DNA of 63,701 nucleotides, the filler included, from Clostridia bacterium (GTDB lineage: Bacteria > CBDUZB01 > JAGLHV01): assembly GCA_030637025.1 (NCBI GenBank). It is 5 parts of 5 records of this genome, joined end to end, with 100 filler letters (N's around TTAATTAATTAA, not from the genome) between each part and the next. Parts side by side here need not be neighbours in the genome. Positions count along the whole stretch, not along the records: positions 31,173 to 56,392 come from DAOVVV010000035.1; positions 56,493 to 61,463 come from DAOVVV010000065.1; 3 more parts are not named here. One strand, given 5' to 3'. The translations under genes were made by a program, and so were the position numbers. The stretch's first letter is position 1. Every line of letters begins with the position of its first letter. Below the pieces are notes generated by a model, which was not told the DNA's origin, did not search any database, and was given only the letters and a program-made list of their open reading frames with translations. Below, in pieces: positions 50,285 to 60,241 of the stretch.

Positions 50285-50520
50285 TTTTGAATTTTGTATT
50301 TTGAATTTAAAATTTGTTTAGGATTTCGAATTTCGAATTTAGTATTTTGTTTTTTAACTCATAACTCATAACTCATAACTCATAACTCATAACTTTCTGT
50401 TATTTGTTATCTGTTGTCTATGGACTATCTGTTGTTTTTTTTTTAACTTTGTGCCTGTCTTTGTCCTTTATTTTTTAACCAATCTAACCAATCTAACCAA
50501 TCTAAACCAATAAAACCAAC
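50285..50520. repeat. Short tandem repeats: ATTTCGA-like, (ATAACTC)x5 and (AACCAATCT)x3
   Basis: Visible directly at 50285-50349, 50355-50394 and 50476-50520. Confidence 0.85.
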
Positions 50521-52160
50521 TAACTGTTTTTTTCTTTTTTCAATTTATAAATTATCAGGATACTTTCTTTAAGCAGAAAGCCGGTGAGAATTATTAAGAT
50601 GATACCAATGCTCAGTAATAAATAATTTTTTTGTGAAAAGAAAGATGATGATTGATGGATTAAGGCTGCAATACTGGTGATTAACATAAATAAAGCCGGG
50701 TAGAGTGTGTATTTAATGGGTTTTTTTCTTTGCATAAGGTATAAGGTTACCACTAATAAAGCTAAAGCTGCTATTAATTGGTTAGCAGCACCAAAAATAG
50801 GCCAGAGTGTTTTCCATTTACCCAGGGCTAAACACCCGCTGAGAATGATAATTATTAAGGTCGAAAAATAACGGTTTTTGAATATTTTTATACCCAGACC
50901 TGCTCCCCAGAATTCTTCTCCGATATAACGTCCGATTCTGGTAGCGGAATCAAGGGTGGTCATGATAAAAGTTTTGAGCATAGTAATGGCAATTAATGCC
51001 CCCAGGGAACCAAAGATAGGTTTTACCAATTGGGCGTATCCTTCTCCAAAAGTAACAATCCATCCTTTTTCTTTCATTAGTTGGGGATAGACCAGATGAA
51101 TAGGTCCCTGGTGCTTGTTAAAATATAAGCCTGCGGTCACACAAATCAAAGCCAGCGCAGCTAAAGCCCCTTCGGTAATCATTGCCCCGTAACCTATTTT
51201 TTTTGCATCTTTTTCAGAAGCTAATTGTTTGGACGTGGTTCCGCCGGCTACTAATGAATGAAATCCGGAAATAGCTCCACAGGCAATAATTACAAACATC
51301 ATCGGCCAGAGAGATTGTTTAGATACGGTCCAGGTAGTAAAAGCAGGGGTGTGCATAGAAGGGTGAGTAAGAAGAATGCCTAAATAACCAAAGAATAAAC
51401 CAAAAAATAAAACAAAACTGGATAAATAATCACGCGGCTGCAAGAGTAAATTTACCGGTAATACTGAAGCAATTAAGGCGTAAAAAAGTAAAATTATAGT
51501 CCATTTGGTCGTGGCATTTGCTCCTATGTCTATAGGGAGATGAGCTCCTAAGATAATTAGCATAAAGAGTAACAATATTCCGGTAGTAGTAGCAAGGATT
51601 TGATTTATTTTCCATTTGTACATCATTAATCCTGTTAAAACAGCCACCAATATCAAACCAAAAGTGGGAATGACTATTTGAGGTTTTGCAGATAGCGTTT
51701 TAGCCCCGGAGGCGGCAAATACAGCAATAATTAATATTAGGGATAACCATAAAAAAGCAGCGAAAACCATTTTTGCCCGCTTGCTGATAGTACTTTCAGT
51801 TATCTGAGCGATGGATTTTCCTTGTTGACGAAGAGAAACCATTAAAGAAGAAAAATCATGTACTGCTCCTAAGAAAATTGAGCCAAATACAATCCAGATT
51901 AAAGCAGGTACCCAACCCCATATAGCCGCAGCAATAACCGGCCCAATAATCGGTCCGGCTCCGGCAATAGAAGAGAAATGGTGTCCAAAAAGAATAGTCC
52001 AGTGTTTTGCAGGAATATAATCCAGACCATCCTGCATTTCAAGAGAGGGGGGTGTTCTTTTGCTGTTTGTTTCCCAGAGCTTTTCGATAATGTCTCCGTA
52101 TAATTTATATCCTAATCCTAAACAAATTAAAGCGATTATTCCTACTATTAAAGAATTCAT
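50520..52160 (-). CDS. cstA: Carbon starvation protein A (peptide/pyruvate transporter)
   Basis: LFGHHFSSIAGAGPIIGP, LLLQPRDYL, IACGAISGFHSL and WPIFGAANQL. Confidence 0.95.
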   Translation of the reverse strand: MNSLIVGIIALICLGLGYKLYGDIIEKLWETNSKRTPPSLEMQDGLDYIPAKHWTILFGHHFSSIAGAGPIIGPVIAAAIWGWVPALIWIVFGSIFLGAVHDFSSLMVSLRQQGKSIAQITESTISKRAKMVFAAFLWLSLILIIAVFAASGAKTLSAKPQIVIPTFGLILVAVLTGLMMYKWKINQILATTTGILLLFMLIILGAHLPIDIGANATTKWTIILLFYALIASVLPVNLLLQPRDYLSSFVLFFGLFFGYLGILLTHPSMHTPAFTTWTVSKQSLWPMMFVIIACGAISGFHSLVAGGTTSKQLASEKDAKKIGYGAMITEGALAALALICVTAGLYFNKHQGPIHLVYPQLMKEKGWIVTFGEGYAQLVKPIFGSLGALIAITMLKTFIMTTLDSATRIGRYIGEEFWGAGLGIKIFKNRYFSTLIIIILSGCLALGKWKTLWPIFGAANQLIAALALLVVTLYLMQRKKPIKYTLYPALFMLITSIAALIHQSSSFFSQKNYLLLSIGIILIILTGFLLKESILIIYKLKKEKNS

Positions 52161-52370
52161 TTTGCTTGCTCTTTTTGAAGTTTTTGGTTGAATTATAAAA
52201 ATTTTCTATCATACTACTAAATTAAGAAATAATTGTCAATGCATATGGATAGATAAAAGATAAAAAATAATTACAACGCTTTTTTTACAATTTTAGTTGA
52301 CTTTTTGCTTGTCTCAATGATATAATTTCATTCGTATAAGTAGTTTAAATTTTGTTTTTTTTAAAGGGGG

Positions 52371-52793
52371 ATGCAAATAATGATTGAAGAAGATTATAAT
52401 AACAATAATGATGAGACGATTATTTCCAGACCGCGGGAATCAAAAGTAAACATATCTAATATTTTGTTTGGTTTTTTGTTTTTAACTCCTCCTAATATGG
52501 GAAAGGAGGTTTTTTTTAACAAAAAAAAGATAACTATAGGTCGTGATGAAAAATCGGATATCTGGCTGGATGATTTAGAAGTTTCCCGTAAACACGCGGC
52601 TATTGTTGTGGAAAAAAAACACTATATTTTAAGGGATTTAGACAGCACTAACGGGACATTTCATAACGGTAAAAAAATCAGAGAAATTATTTTAAAGTAT
52701 GGTGACCGGGTAAAAATAGGAAGTGTTTCCATGAAAGTAGTATTAAAAAACAGATTAACTGAAAGACCGGTAAAAACTTATGATATTGAATGA
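52371..52793 (+). CDS. FHA domain protein
   Basis: IGR, VSRKHA, DLDSTNGT and GDRVKIG. Confidence 0.92.
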   Translation: MQIMIEEDYNNNNDETIISRPRESKVNISNILFGFLFLTPPNMGKEVFFNKKKITIGRDEKSDIWLDDLEVSRKHAAIVVEKKHYILRDLDSTNGTFHNGKKIREIILKYGDRVKIGSVSMKVVLKNRLTERPVKTYDIE

Positions 52794-52811
52794 TTAAATA
52801 AGGATTAATTT

Positions 52812-53873
52812 GTGAATAAAATAACAAGAAATTATACGGTTATAGAAGAAATAGGAAGAGGGGGAATGGCCGTTGTTTATAAGGGGTGGCAGCGGTTTTT
52901 GGATCGCCCTATAGTTATTAAAGAATTACTTCCTCTTGCCAATGGAGGGGATGAATTTATAAAACGGTTTGAAAGAGAAGCAAAAGTAGTAGCAAATTTA
53001 CAACAGGAAAATATTGTAATTATTCATGATGGCTGGAAAGAAAGAGAAAAAATTTATATTATAATGGAATATATCGATGGTATCGATTTAAAAAAATTAT
53101 TGGTTAAAAAAAAACAGATACCGGTTTTACTTTCTATTTATATTATGTGGTCATTAAGCAGAGCATTGGAATATGCACATGAAAAAAATATTATTCATCG
53201 TGATATAAAACCAGGAAATGTTTTGCTTTCCAACCGGGGTGATGTCAGGTTAGTTGATTTTGGGATTGCTCGTGATCTTAATAGTTTAGGATTAACTTAC
53301 ACGGGAGAAATGTTAGGAACACCTGCTTATATGTCTCCGGAGCAGATTAAAGGAGAAAAAGTTGATGTGTTTACGGATATTTTTTCTTTAGGCATCGTTG
53401 CTTATGAAATGATAGGAGGCCGGCATCCTTTCTGCAATTTAGATAATAATGAGGTGACCGCAGGGCAGATATTAGAAAAAAAACAGGTAAATATTAGGAA
53501 ACTTAACCCGGAAGTACCTTATGACATAGCTAAAATCATAAACATTGCTTTAATGAAAGATTTTAGAAAACGATATGAAAATGTAGAAATAATAAGAAAA
53601 AAACTGGACAAATATGTAAAAAAATATTCTCAAAAAAATTTAGCTGAGGACTTATCAAACTTTATAAGGGATTCTCTTCCTCAGAAAAAACAAGAAGAAA
53701 CACAAAAAATACAACGCTTAAAACAAATAAAAAGAACGGAAGTAACGGAAATATCCGAAGACAGGAAAGATGATCAAATAAATGAATTAGCCTTAAATGT
53801 TTATTTGGTAGTTTTTTTATTGGGTTGTGTTAGTTTAGTAATGGGAAAATATATATATTTATATGTCAAATAA
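52812..53873 (+). CDS. Hanks-type Ser/Thr protein kinase with C-terminal TM anchor
   Basis: GRGGMAVVY, HRDIKPGN, DFGIAR and GTPAYMSPEQ. Confidence 0.95.
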   Translation: MNKITRNYTVIEEIGRGGMAVVYKGWQRFLDRPIVIKELLPLANGGDEFIKRFEREAKVVANLQQENIVIIHDGWKEREKIYIIMEYIDGIDLKKLLVKKKQIPVLLSIYIMWSLSRALEYAHEKNIIHRDIKPGNVLLSNRGDVRLVDFGIARDLNSLGLTYTGEMLGTPAYMSPEQIKGEKVDVFTDIFSLGIVAYEMIGGRHPFCNLDNNEVTAGQILEKKQVNIRKLNPEVPYDIAKIINIALMKDFRKRYENVEIIRKKLDKYVKKYSQKNLAEDLSNFIRDSLPQKKQEETQKIQRLKQIKRTEVTEISEDRKDDQINELALNVYLVVFLLGCVSLVMGKYIYLYVK

Positions 53874-53916
53874 ATATAAAAAACAATCATTAAAAAAATG
53901 TGGGAAAAGTAAAAAA

Positions 53917-54000
53917 TGGGGACAGAGAGATTTGAACTCTCACAGCCTTTCGGCCATAGCGTTCTGAGCGCTACGCGTATACCAATTCCGCCATGTCCCC
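53917..54000 (-). tRNA. tRNA-Leu(CAG)
   Basis: GGGGACA/TGTCCCC acceptor stem, CT-CAG-AA loop, variable arm GGCCGAAAGGCT, GTTCAAATC; CCA not encoded. Confidence 0.95.
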
Positions 54001-54177
54001 TTAAAGATGTAAAACTATTTTGTCTGTTATTGTTTTTATTTAATTTAACTATGATAGTAAAGATTATATATTTTAACAGATTGAAAATTGTTTTGTCAAT
54101 TATTTAATACTAAATTTTGGTTTTTCAAAAAACAAATAAAATATTAAGTACGAAAAGAGAGAGGAAAAAAATAATAT

Positions 54178-54921
54178 ATGCGTGTTTTAGTTACTAATGA
54201 CGATGGAATACATAGTAAAGGATTGGATGTTTTAGTAGAAAGACTAAAAAAGAAGGCGGAGGTATTTGTAATAGTACCGGATAGAGAAAGAAGTGCAGTA
54301 AGTCATTCGATGTCTTTATATAAGCCTTTGCGGGTAAAAAAAATCCAGGAAAATTTTTTTATTGTCGATGGTATGCCGGCAGATTGTGTAAGATTTGGAT
54401 TGTTAGACCTTTTAAAAGAAGAAAAAATAGACATCGTAGTTGCCGGAATAAATAAAGGACCTAATCTGGGGGATGATGTGCTTTATTCCGGGACGGTTGG
54501 AGCTGTCATAGAGAGTACTATTTTAGGGTTACCTGCTATAGCTGTTTCTTTAGTAGCCAGGCGTAATTTTCATTTTAAGACAGCAGCTGAAATTTCTTGT
54601 AGACTAATAGATAAGGTTTTTCAATATGGGTTACCGGAAGGTGTTTATCTTAATGTTAATGTTCCTAATTTGCCTCTAAATCAGATAAAAGGATTTAAAG
54701 TTACCCGGCAGGGAAAGAGAATTTACGGGAAAGAGATTGAGAAAAGAACAGATCCCCGGGGGTTTATTTATTACTGGCTGGCTAATGGAAATGCAATTAA
54801 TGTAAAGGATAAAGGCACAGATACGGAAGCTGTTGAAGAGGAACAAATTTCAATTACCCCCTTACAAATAGATATTACTGCTTACAATTATATGGAAAAA
54901 ATCCGGAAATGGAAATTTTAA
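54178..54921 (+). CDS. surE: 5'/3'-nucleotidase SurE
   Basis: LVTNDDGI, GINKGPNLG..YSGTV and ISITPL. Confidence 0.96.
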   Translation: MRVLVTNDDGIHSKGLDVLVERLKKKAEVFVIVPDRERSAVSHSMSLYKPLRVKKIQENFFIVDGMPADCVRFGLLDLLKEEKIDIVVAGINKGPNLGDDVLYSGTVGAVIESTILGLPAIAVSLVARRNFHFKTAAEISCRLIDKVFQYGLPEGVYLNVNVPNLPLNQIKGFKVTRQGKRIYGKEIEKRTDPRGFIYYWLANGNAINVKDKGTDTEAVEEEQISITPLQIDITAYNYMEKIRKWKF

Positions 54922-55048
54922 AAATAATTTAAAGTACAGAATTGTAATTAATTAAAAATAGATTGAGGCAGATTGGTGAAAAATGGGTTGATTGGATAGT
55001 TTAAAAATATATGTAGTAAATTATGAAAAAGAAGGGAGGTGAGAATGA

Positions 55049-55639
55049 ATGAAGAGAATATTATGTTTTCTGGTTAGTTTATTGGTGATTCTTTTCGTAG
55101 GAAGTATTTTTTGTTTTGCACAAACGGAAGGTAGTGATACATCAACAGATGCTTTAAAGGTTATAAAACCAGCTGAACCTGTAGAGAAAAAAGCAGAAAT
55201 AATTAAAGAGCCGGGATTAGAACTGGTAATTGATGGGGCACAGGTGGGGACAGGTGTTGAGGAAAGAGTGATTATAGGGGAAGCGACATCTTTTCCGTCT
55301 TCGGTAGAAAAAGTATATTGTTTGAGTTTTATTAAAGGAGCAGATACTCTTACAACTGTTAACCATGTATGGTATTATCAGGATAAACAAATGGCCAGTG
55401 TAGGTTTGGATGTAAAATCTCCTGCTTTTCGTACCTGGAGTTACAAAACTATTTTACCTGAATGGATTGGAAGTTGGCGGGTAGAAATTGTAGATGCAGG
55501 GGGAGAAGTTTTAAAAATTATTGGGTTTGAGATTACTGAATCAGAAAGACCGGTAGTAGAAGGACAAGTAATAAAAGAATCAACCGGGGTGAAAGAACCG
55601 GCTAAAATTGCTGAAGAAGAAGGAAGTAAGATAGAATAA
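55049..55639 (+). CDS. Exported DUF2914-like protein
   Basis: Signal peptide; KVYC, HVWYY, FRTWSYK and GSWRVEI. Confidence 0.75.
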   Translation: MKRILCFLVSLLVILFVGSIFCFAQTEGSDTSTDALKVIKPAEPVEKKAEIIKEPGLELVIDGAQVGTGVEERVIIGEATSFPSSVEKVYCLSFIKGADTLTTVNHVWYYQDKQMASVGLDVKSPAFRTWSYKTILPEWIGSWRVEIVDAGGEVLKIIGFEITESERPVVEGQVIKESTGVKEPAKIAEEEGSKIE

Positions 55640-55651
55640 ATTTCTGCTTTA

Positions 55652-55687
55652 TTTTCTCCGCACTTTTGAAAAAAAGTGCGGAGAAAA
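55652..55687. terminator. Hairpin/putative terminator
   Basis: TTTTCTCCGCACTTTT...AAAAGTGCGGAGAAAA. Confidence 0.6.
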
Positions 55688-55763
55688 TCGTTAATGGCAA
55701 AAAGTCAGTGTTTTAGTTATGCAAAATAAGCTTTAAAACAAATAATGAAGGAGCAATAACAAA

Positions 55764-56078
55764 ATGGATATGTTAAAGATGGTTAAGGAAGCAGCTTCCT
55801 TGAGAAGTAAAACCAAGGAGATTGAAAAAAATTTAAAAAATCAAATATTTGAAGTCTGTATGGGTGGAGTGACCATAAAAGCCAATGCTAAACAGGAAAT
55901 CTTAGATATTAAAATTAGTGACCATGTTTATCAGCAAGGGGCCGGAGAAATCGAAAAAAACCTGCTTAAAGGAATTAAAGAGGCATTAGATAAAGCTCAA
56001 AAGATTATGGCTTCAGAGACCCAGAAAATTATGGGCAATTTAAATATTTCCGGGCTTAAAGGCATGTTAGGACAGTAA
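55764..56078 (+). CDS. ybaB: YbaB/EbfC nucleoid-associated protein
   Basis: Size and pattern (GGVTIKAN..QEILDIKIS..ALDKAQ); divergent. Confidence 0.75.
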   Translation: MDMLKMVKEAASLRSKTKEIEKNLKNQIFEVCMGGVTIKANAKQEILDIKISDHVYQQGAGEIEKNLLKGIKEALDKAQKIMASETQKIMGNLNISGLKGMLGQ

Positions 56079-56124
56079 ATCATAAAAGACAAATATTATT
56101 ATATTTTTAATTTCAATGAGACTT

Positions 56125-56392
56125 AGAGTTTTCGTCAGCTAAGCTGACAAAAACTCTGTAGTCGAATTGATTCCGAGACGACTGAAGGGAGTCGAAGGGC
56201 CTGTGTTTCAGTTCCTCGTCAGCTAAGCTGACAAAAACTCTGTAGTCGAATTGATCCTGAGACGACTGAAGGGAGTCGAAGGGCCTGTGTTTCAGTTCCT
56301 CGTCAGCTAAGCTGACAAAAACTCTGTAGTCGAATTGATCCTGAGACGACTGAAGGGAGTCGAAGGGCCTGTGTTTTAATTCCTTGTCAGCT
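56125..56392. repeat. 84-bp tandem repeat, at least 3 copies, truncated by the contig end
   Basis: GTCAGCTAAGCTGAC recurs at 56134, 56218 and 56302 and starts again at 56386; units nearly identical with no spacers. Confidence 0.93.
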
Positions 56393-56492
56393 NNNNNNNN
56401 NNNNNNNNNNNNNNNNNNNNNNNNNNNNNNNNNNNNTTAATTAATTAANNNNNNNNNNNNNNNNNNNNNNNNNNNNNNNNNNNNNNNNNNNN
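56393..56492. other. Artificial contig linker
   Basis: N44-TTAATTAATTAA-N44. Confidence 0.97.
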
Positions 56493-56574
56493 CAAAAATT
56501 AATAAAAATCAAAAAAAAAATAATTTTTATTTTCTTTTTACTCATCACCCTTATTATTTCTCCTGTATTTAGTT

Positions 56575-56673
56575 TTAGTTCTCTCTTCTTTTCTTTCTTA
56601 AAGCAATACTAATACAATAAAACAATCCCCCATAAAGTACAACACAACCAAATACTAACATTACTATTCCCAT
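56575..56673 (-). CDS. MetS-like small subunit of an NSS transporter (32 aa, not in ORF track)
   Basis: MGIVMLVFGCVVLYGGLFYCISIALRKKRREN; GGGGGTG RBS; 18 nt downstream of the NSS gene. Confidence 0.75.
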   Translation of the reverse strand: MGIVMLVFGCVVLYGGLFYCISIALRKKRREN

Positions 56674-56691
56674 TAATTCACCCCCATTACC

Positions 56692-58176
56692 TTATACTTC
56701 AGGACTTATTTTTTTTGTTTTTATCTTCATTAGAATATAGGCACCTAGCATAACCAGTACTACTATCCCCCATCCTCCGGTAAATAAAACCCACCCGGGA
56801 TATTTTTCATAAGGGATTTTTATTTCATTCCATAAACTTTTTAAAATTAAAATTGCTAAAATTAAGGGCGTAATAAATTTAATTAATACATTCCACCATT
56901 TTCCTATACTAAAATCAGAATGCTCATTTACATATTTTCTAATTCTTTCCGCTCCCAACACATAACCTATTACTAAACATTCTGCCAATCCTACAGCCAC
57001 TAAACCAAAAGTGGTAATAAAATGGTCTACTACATCCAACCAATATAACCCCGCCCGTGTAGTAAAAACAAGACCCAAAAAAAAAGCTGTCGAACAAACG
57101 ATAGCATTAACTTTTAAGCGGGAAATACCCCATTTTTCCATTACCCCTGCTGTTACTGCTTCTACTAAAGAAAAAGCAGAATCTATTCCCAGAGTTAAAA
57201 GCATTATAAAAAAAAGTACCCCAAAAAAGGATGCCCCAAAAGGTAAAAGACTAATAATAGTCGGATAAGTTACAAAAGCTAATCCCGGTCCTGCAGTTAC
57301 AACATCCTCTACCCCAACCCCTGTAGCACAAGCTAAATATCCTAAGGTACTAAAAACCGCAAACCCGGCAAAAAAACTTATTCCTGCATCTGCCAGACCG
57401 GTAATAAAAGCATTATTTACTACATCTGATTTTTTAGGCAAATAACTGGCATAAGCAATCAACACCCCAAACCCTAAACTCAAAGAGAAAAAAATCTGAG
57501 AATAAGCCGCCAACCAGACATCCGGTTTAAGCAACATTTTAAAATCCGGAGTAAGATAAAATTTTAATCCCTCCATCGCCCCGGGTAAAGTTATTCCTCT
57601 AATTACTAAAATAACTAAACAAATTACCGGTAAAGGAACGGTAATTAATACCACTTTACCTACACTCTTGGCTCCCTTAATGATACAGAAAAATATAGAA
57701 AGCCAGACAATTATTAGACCCCCCAAAATAGGCCATCTAATTCCGCCTAAATTCCCATGCCCTGAAGAAAGAGCAAGGAAATTGTTAAAAAAGAAATCCT
57801 GTGCTGAGTTTCCCCAACTGAGCTTTAATGAATATAGCAAATAAGAAAAGCACCAACTCATAATCACCGTATAATAAGTCATCACTACAAACCCGATTAA
57901 AAGAGACCACCACCCAATCCACTCATATCGTTGTTTAATCCTGGCAAAAGATACCGGAGCGGCCCCGTTCATCATTTGACCGATAGCATACTCTAAAATC
58001 ATTAAAGGAATACCCGCTGTAAATAATGCAACAAAATAAGGAATTAAAAATGCCCCACCTCCGTTTTGGTAGCAAACATAAGAAAACCTCCATACATTTC
58101 CTAATCCCACCGCCGAACCAATAGACGCCAATAAAAAAACTTTTCTACTGCTCCATCTATCTCTTACTTTTTCCAC
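56692..58176 (-). CDS. Sodium-dependent transporter, NSS/SNF family
   Basis: IGSAVGLGNVWRF, GGGAFLIPY, QIFFSLSLG and GPGLAFVTYP. Confidence 0.95.
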   Translation of the reverse strand: MEKVRDRWSSRKVFLLASIGSAVGLGNVWRFSYVCYQNGGGAFLIPYFVALFTAGIPLMILEYAIGQMMNGAAPVSFARIKQRYEWIGWWSLLIGFVVMTYYTVIMSWCFSYLLYSLKLSWGNSAQDFFFNNFLALSSGHGNLGGIRWPILGGLIIVWLSIFFCIIKGAKSVGKVVLITVPLPVICLVILVIRGITLPGAMEGLKFYLTPDFKMLLKPDVWLAAYSQIFFSLSLGFGVLIAYASYLPKKSDVVNNAFITGLADAGISFFAGFAVFSTLGYLACATGVGVEDVVTAGPGLAFVTYPTIISLLPFGASFFGVLFFIMLLTLGIDSAFSLVEAVTAGVMEKWGISRLKVNAIVCSTAFFLGLVFTTRAGLYWLDVVDHFITTFGLVAVGLAECLVIGYVLGAERIRKYVNEHSDFSIGKWWNVLIKFITPLILAILILKSLWNEIKIPYEKYPGWVLFTGGWGIVVLVMLGAYILMKIKTKKISPEV

Positions 58177-58214
58177 AATTATCCTTTTTCCATCAAAACG
58201 TTTAAAATATTTTT

Positions 58215-58973
58215 TTAAATTCGGGCCAAAATCTTTTCCACCAACAAAAGAGAATTAGCAGAAGCATACTGTACAAACTTTTGAAAATTTATTTCTGCTT
58301 TTTCATCAGCCAGATCGCTCAATGACCTTATTAACAAAAAAGGAATTTTATTTAGGCAACAAACCTGAGTTACAGCTCCTCCTTCCATTTCAGTCGCCAG
58401 AGCATTAAATGTATTATACAACCACTGCTGTTTGCTTTTGGAAAGAATAAACTGATCCCCGGTAACCACTATTCCTTTATGTATTATCGGCCTTCTTGCT
58501 TTTCGGGAAAAAATAACTCCCCCCGGTAAATCATCAAGAACTATATCCTGTGATACTTTTGTTGCTATATCAAACAAACCCTTATCTACTTTATAATACA
58601 CATCTTCTATTTCCATTTTTCCGAAGGGGTAAGCACCGGGCTTGAAGGGAACCAACCCTTCATTGCCAATATTGCCATAATCATGCTGGGCAACCTGAGA
58701 AGCAATAATCAAATCCCCTATTTCTAAATGAGGAGCAATCCCTCCGGCAATTCCGGTAAAAATTATTTTTTTTACATTAAAAGCAGTTATTAAAAGTTGG
58801 CTGGTCACCGCAGCATTTACTTTTCCTACTCCGGATTTAACTAAAACAACTTTTTGCCCCTTTAACTTTCCTATATAAAAATTTCGTTTTGCTATTTTTT
58901 CTTTTTTTTCTAAATCAATTTTATTCTTTAATAAATTTATTTCTTCTTCCAGAGCACCTATTATTCCAATCAA
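58215..58973 (-). CDS. mtnN: 5'-methylthioadenosine/S-adenosylhomocysteine nucleosidase
   Basis: IGIIGA, SGVGKVNAA, TGDQF, EMEGGA and IRSLSD. Confidence 0.93.
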   Translation of the reverse strand: MIGIIGALEEEINLLKNKIDLEKKEKIAKRNFYIGKLKGQKVVLVKSGVGKVNAAVTSQLLITAFNVKKIIFTGIAGGIAPHLEIGDLIIASQVAQHDYGNIGNEGLVPFKPGAYPFGKMEIEDVYYKVDKGLFDIATKVSQDIVLDDLPGGVIFSRKARRPIIHKGIVVTGDQFILSKSKQQWLYNTFNALATEMEGGAVTQVCCLNKIPFLLIRSLSDLADEKAEINFQKFVQYASANSLLLVEKILARI

Positions 58974-59044
58974 CGAAAAATATCCCTCCTTTTTATAAAC
59001 TTATCCAACATAAAATTTCAAATAATCATTACCCGGCAAAAACA

Positions 59045-60058
59045 TTACTCCATCTTATAATTTAAAATATTTTCTAACTTTAAAACGGTTACCAGTTTGT
59101 TGTCATTTTCAAATTCTATTTCGCCTTCTATAAAATCGGCTTTATTCTTTTCCAGAGTAGATAAAGGAGGAACTATTGCCGAGGATGAAAAATCACCAAT
59201 GTCACCTATTTTATTTACCCAAAAACCAGCCAGTTTTTTGTAAGCCTCGATAACAATAATATGCATTTTTTTTGAATAATTTTCACTTTCCGGCAAATCC
59301 AACATTTTACTTATATCAATAATAGCCACAATTTCTCCTCGTAAATTAATTATTCCCCTTATACACCTGGGAGCAAAAGGAACTTTTGTTATACTGGAAA
59401 AGTACAAAATCTCTTTTATAAATTTCACCCTTAACCCATACTGTTCTTCACCCAGGGAAAAACTCAATAGTTGTTCTGTATTCTTTTTTTCTCTACCTGT
59501 TTCTTTTGTTTCTGCCAGATTAGTTGCACGCTGGTGTAAAATAAATTTAACTATTGGGGTGGGTTCAACTTCTTTTTTTTCCTGTATTTTTATTTTTTCA
59601 CGATTTACTTTAGTAAGTAAAGATTTTTTTTGAAAATCAAAAATTTTATTTAAATCCAAAATAAATACTATCCCTTTTTCTAATTTAGCTACACTGGAAA
59701 GAAGCCGTGTAATCGGCAACTCCTCTGAAGGGATTTCTATTAGAGTTGAATTGATTTTTAATACTTCCTCCACCCTGTCTACAATCATCCCTGCTACTAA
59801 CTTTTCCATTCGTACTACTATTATATTCAACTCGGTAATATCTTCTTCTTTACTCTCTATGTTACATATTTTTCTTAAATCAATTATCGGAATAATTTTC
59901 CCTCTCAGATTAATAACTCCGTCTACAAAATCCGGACTATCCGGCAATGGAGTAATCTCTATCATTTCCAGGATTTCCTGTATTCCCCCCATATCCAAAC
60001 CAAACTTAGTATTACCCATATTAAAACAGAGTATTTCCACCCGGTTAAGCGTTTCCAT
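59045..60058 (-). CDS. cheW: Tandem CheW-CheW protein
   Basis: Two copies of G(V/I)INLRG.I..I(I)D. Confidence 0.88.
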   Translation of the reverse strand: METLNRVEILCFNMGNTKFGLDMGGIQEILEMIEITPLPDSPDFVDGVINLRGKIIPIIDLRKICNIESKEEDITELNIIVVRMEKLVAGMIVDRVEEVLKINSTLIEIPSEELPITRLLSSVAKLEKGIVFILDLNKIFDFQKKSLLTKVNREKIKIQEKKEVEPTPIVKFILHQRATNLAETKETGREKKNTEQLLSFSLGEEQYGLRVKFIKEILYFSSITKVPFAPRCIRGIINLRGEIVAIIDISKMLDLPESENYSKKMHIIVIEAYKKLAGFWVNKIGDIGDFSSSAIVPPLSTLEKNKADFIEGEIEFENDNKLVTVLKLENILNYKME

Positions 60059-60241
60059 AAATTATCTTTATTTCCTTTTCCCATCAATCTCTTTAACTTA
60101 TAAACCACCAAACAAAAATCAATCAAACTAATTCAATTTTTTAATTTTGCTTTCTCGTCCTTTTTATTGTAATAAAAAGGATTTTTATTGTCAAGAAGAT
60201 ATTGCCATCAACACCTTTTTAAAAATTGTGCATATATCAGA

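Noticed and set aside
53916-54107. 63-aa ORF
   Set aside because: Antisense reading of tRNA-Leu
56125-56392. CRISPR array
   Set aside because: Units are near-identical along the whole 84 bp, with no unique spacers and no cas genes
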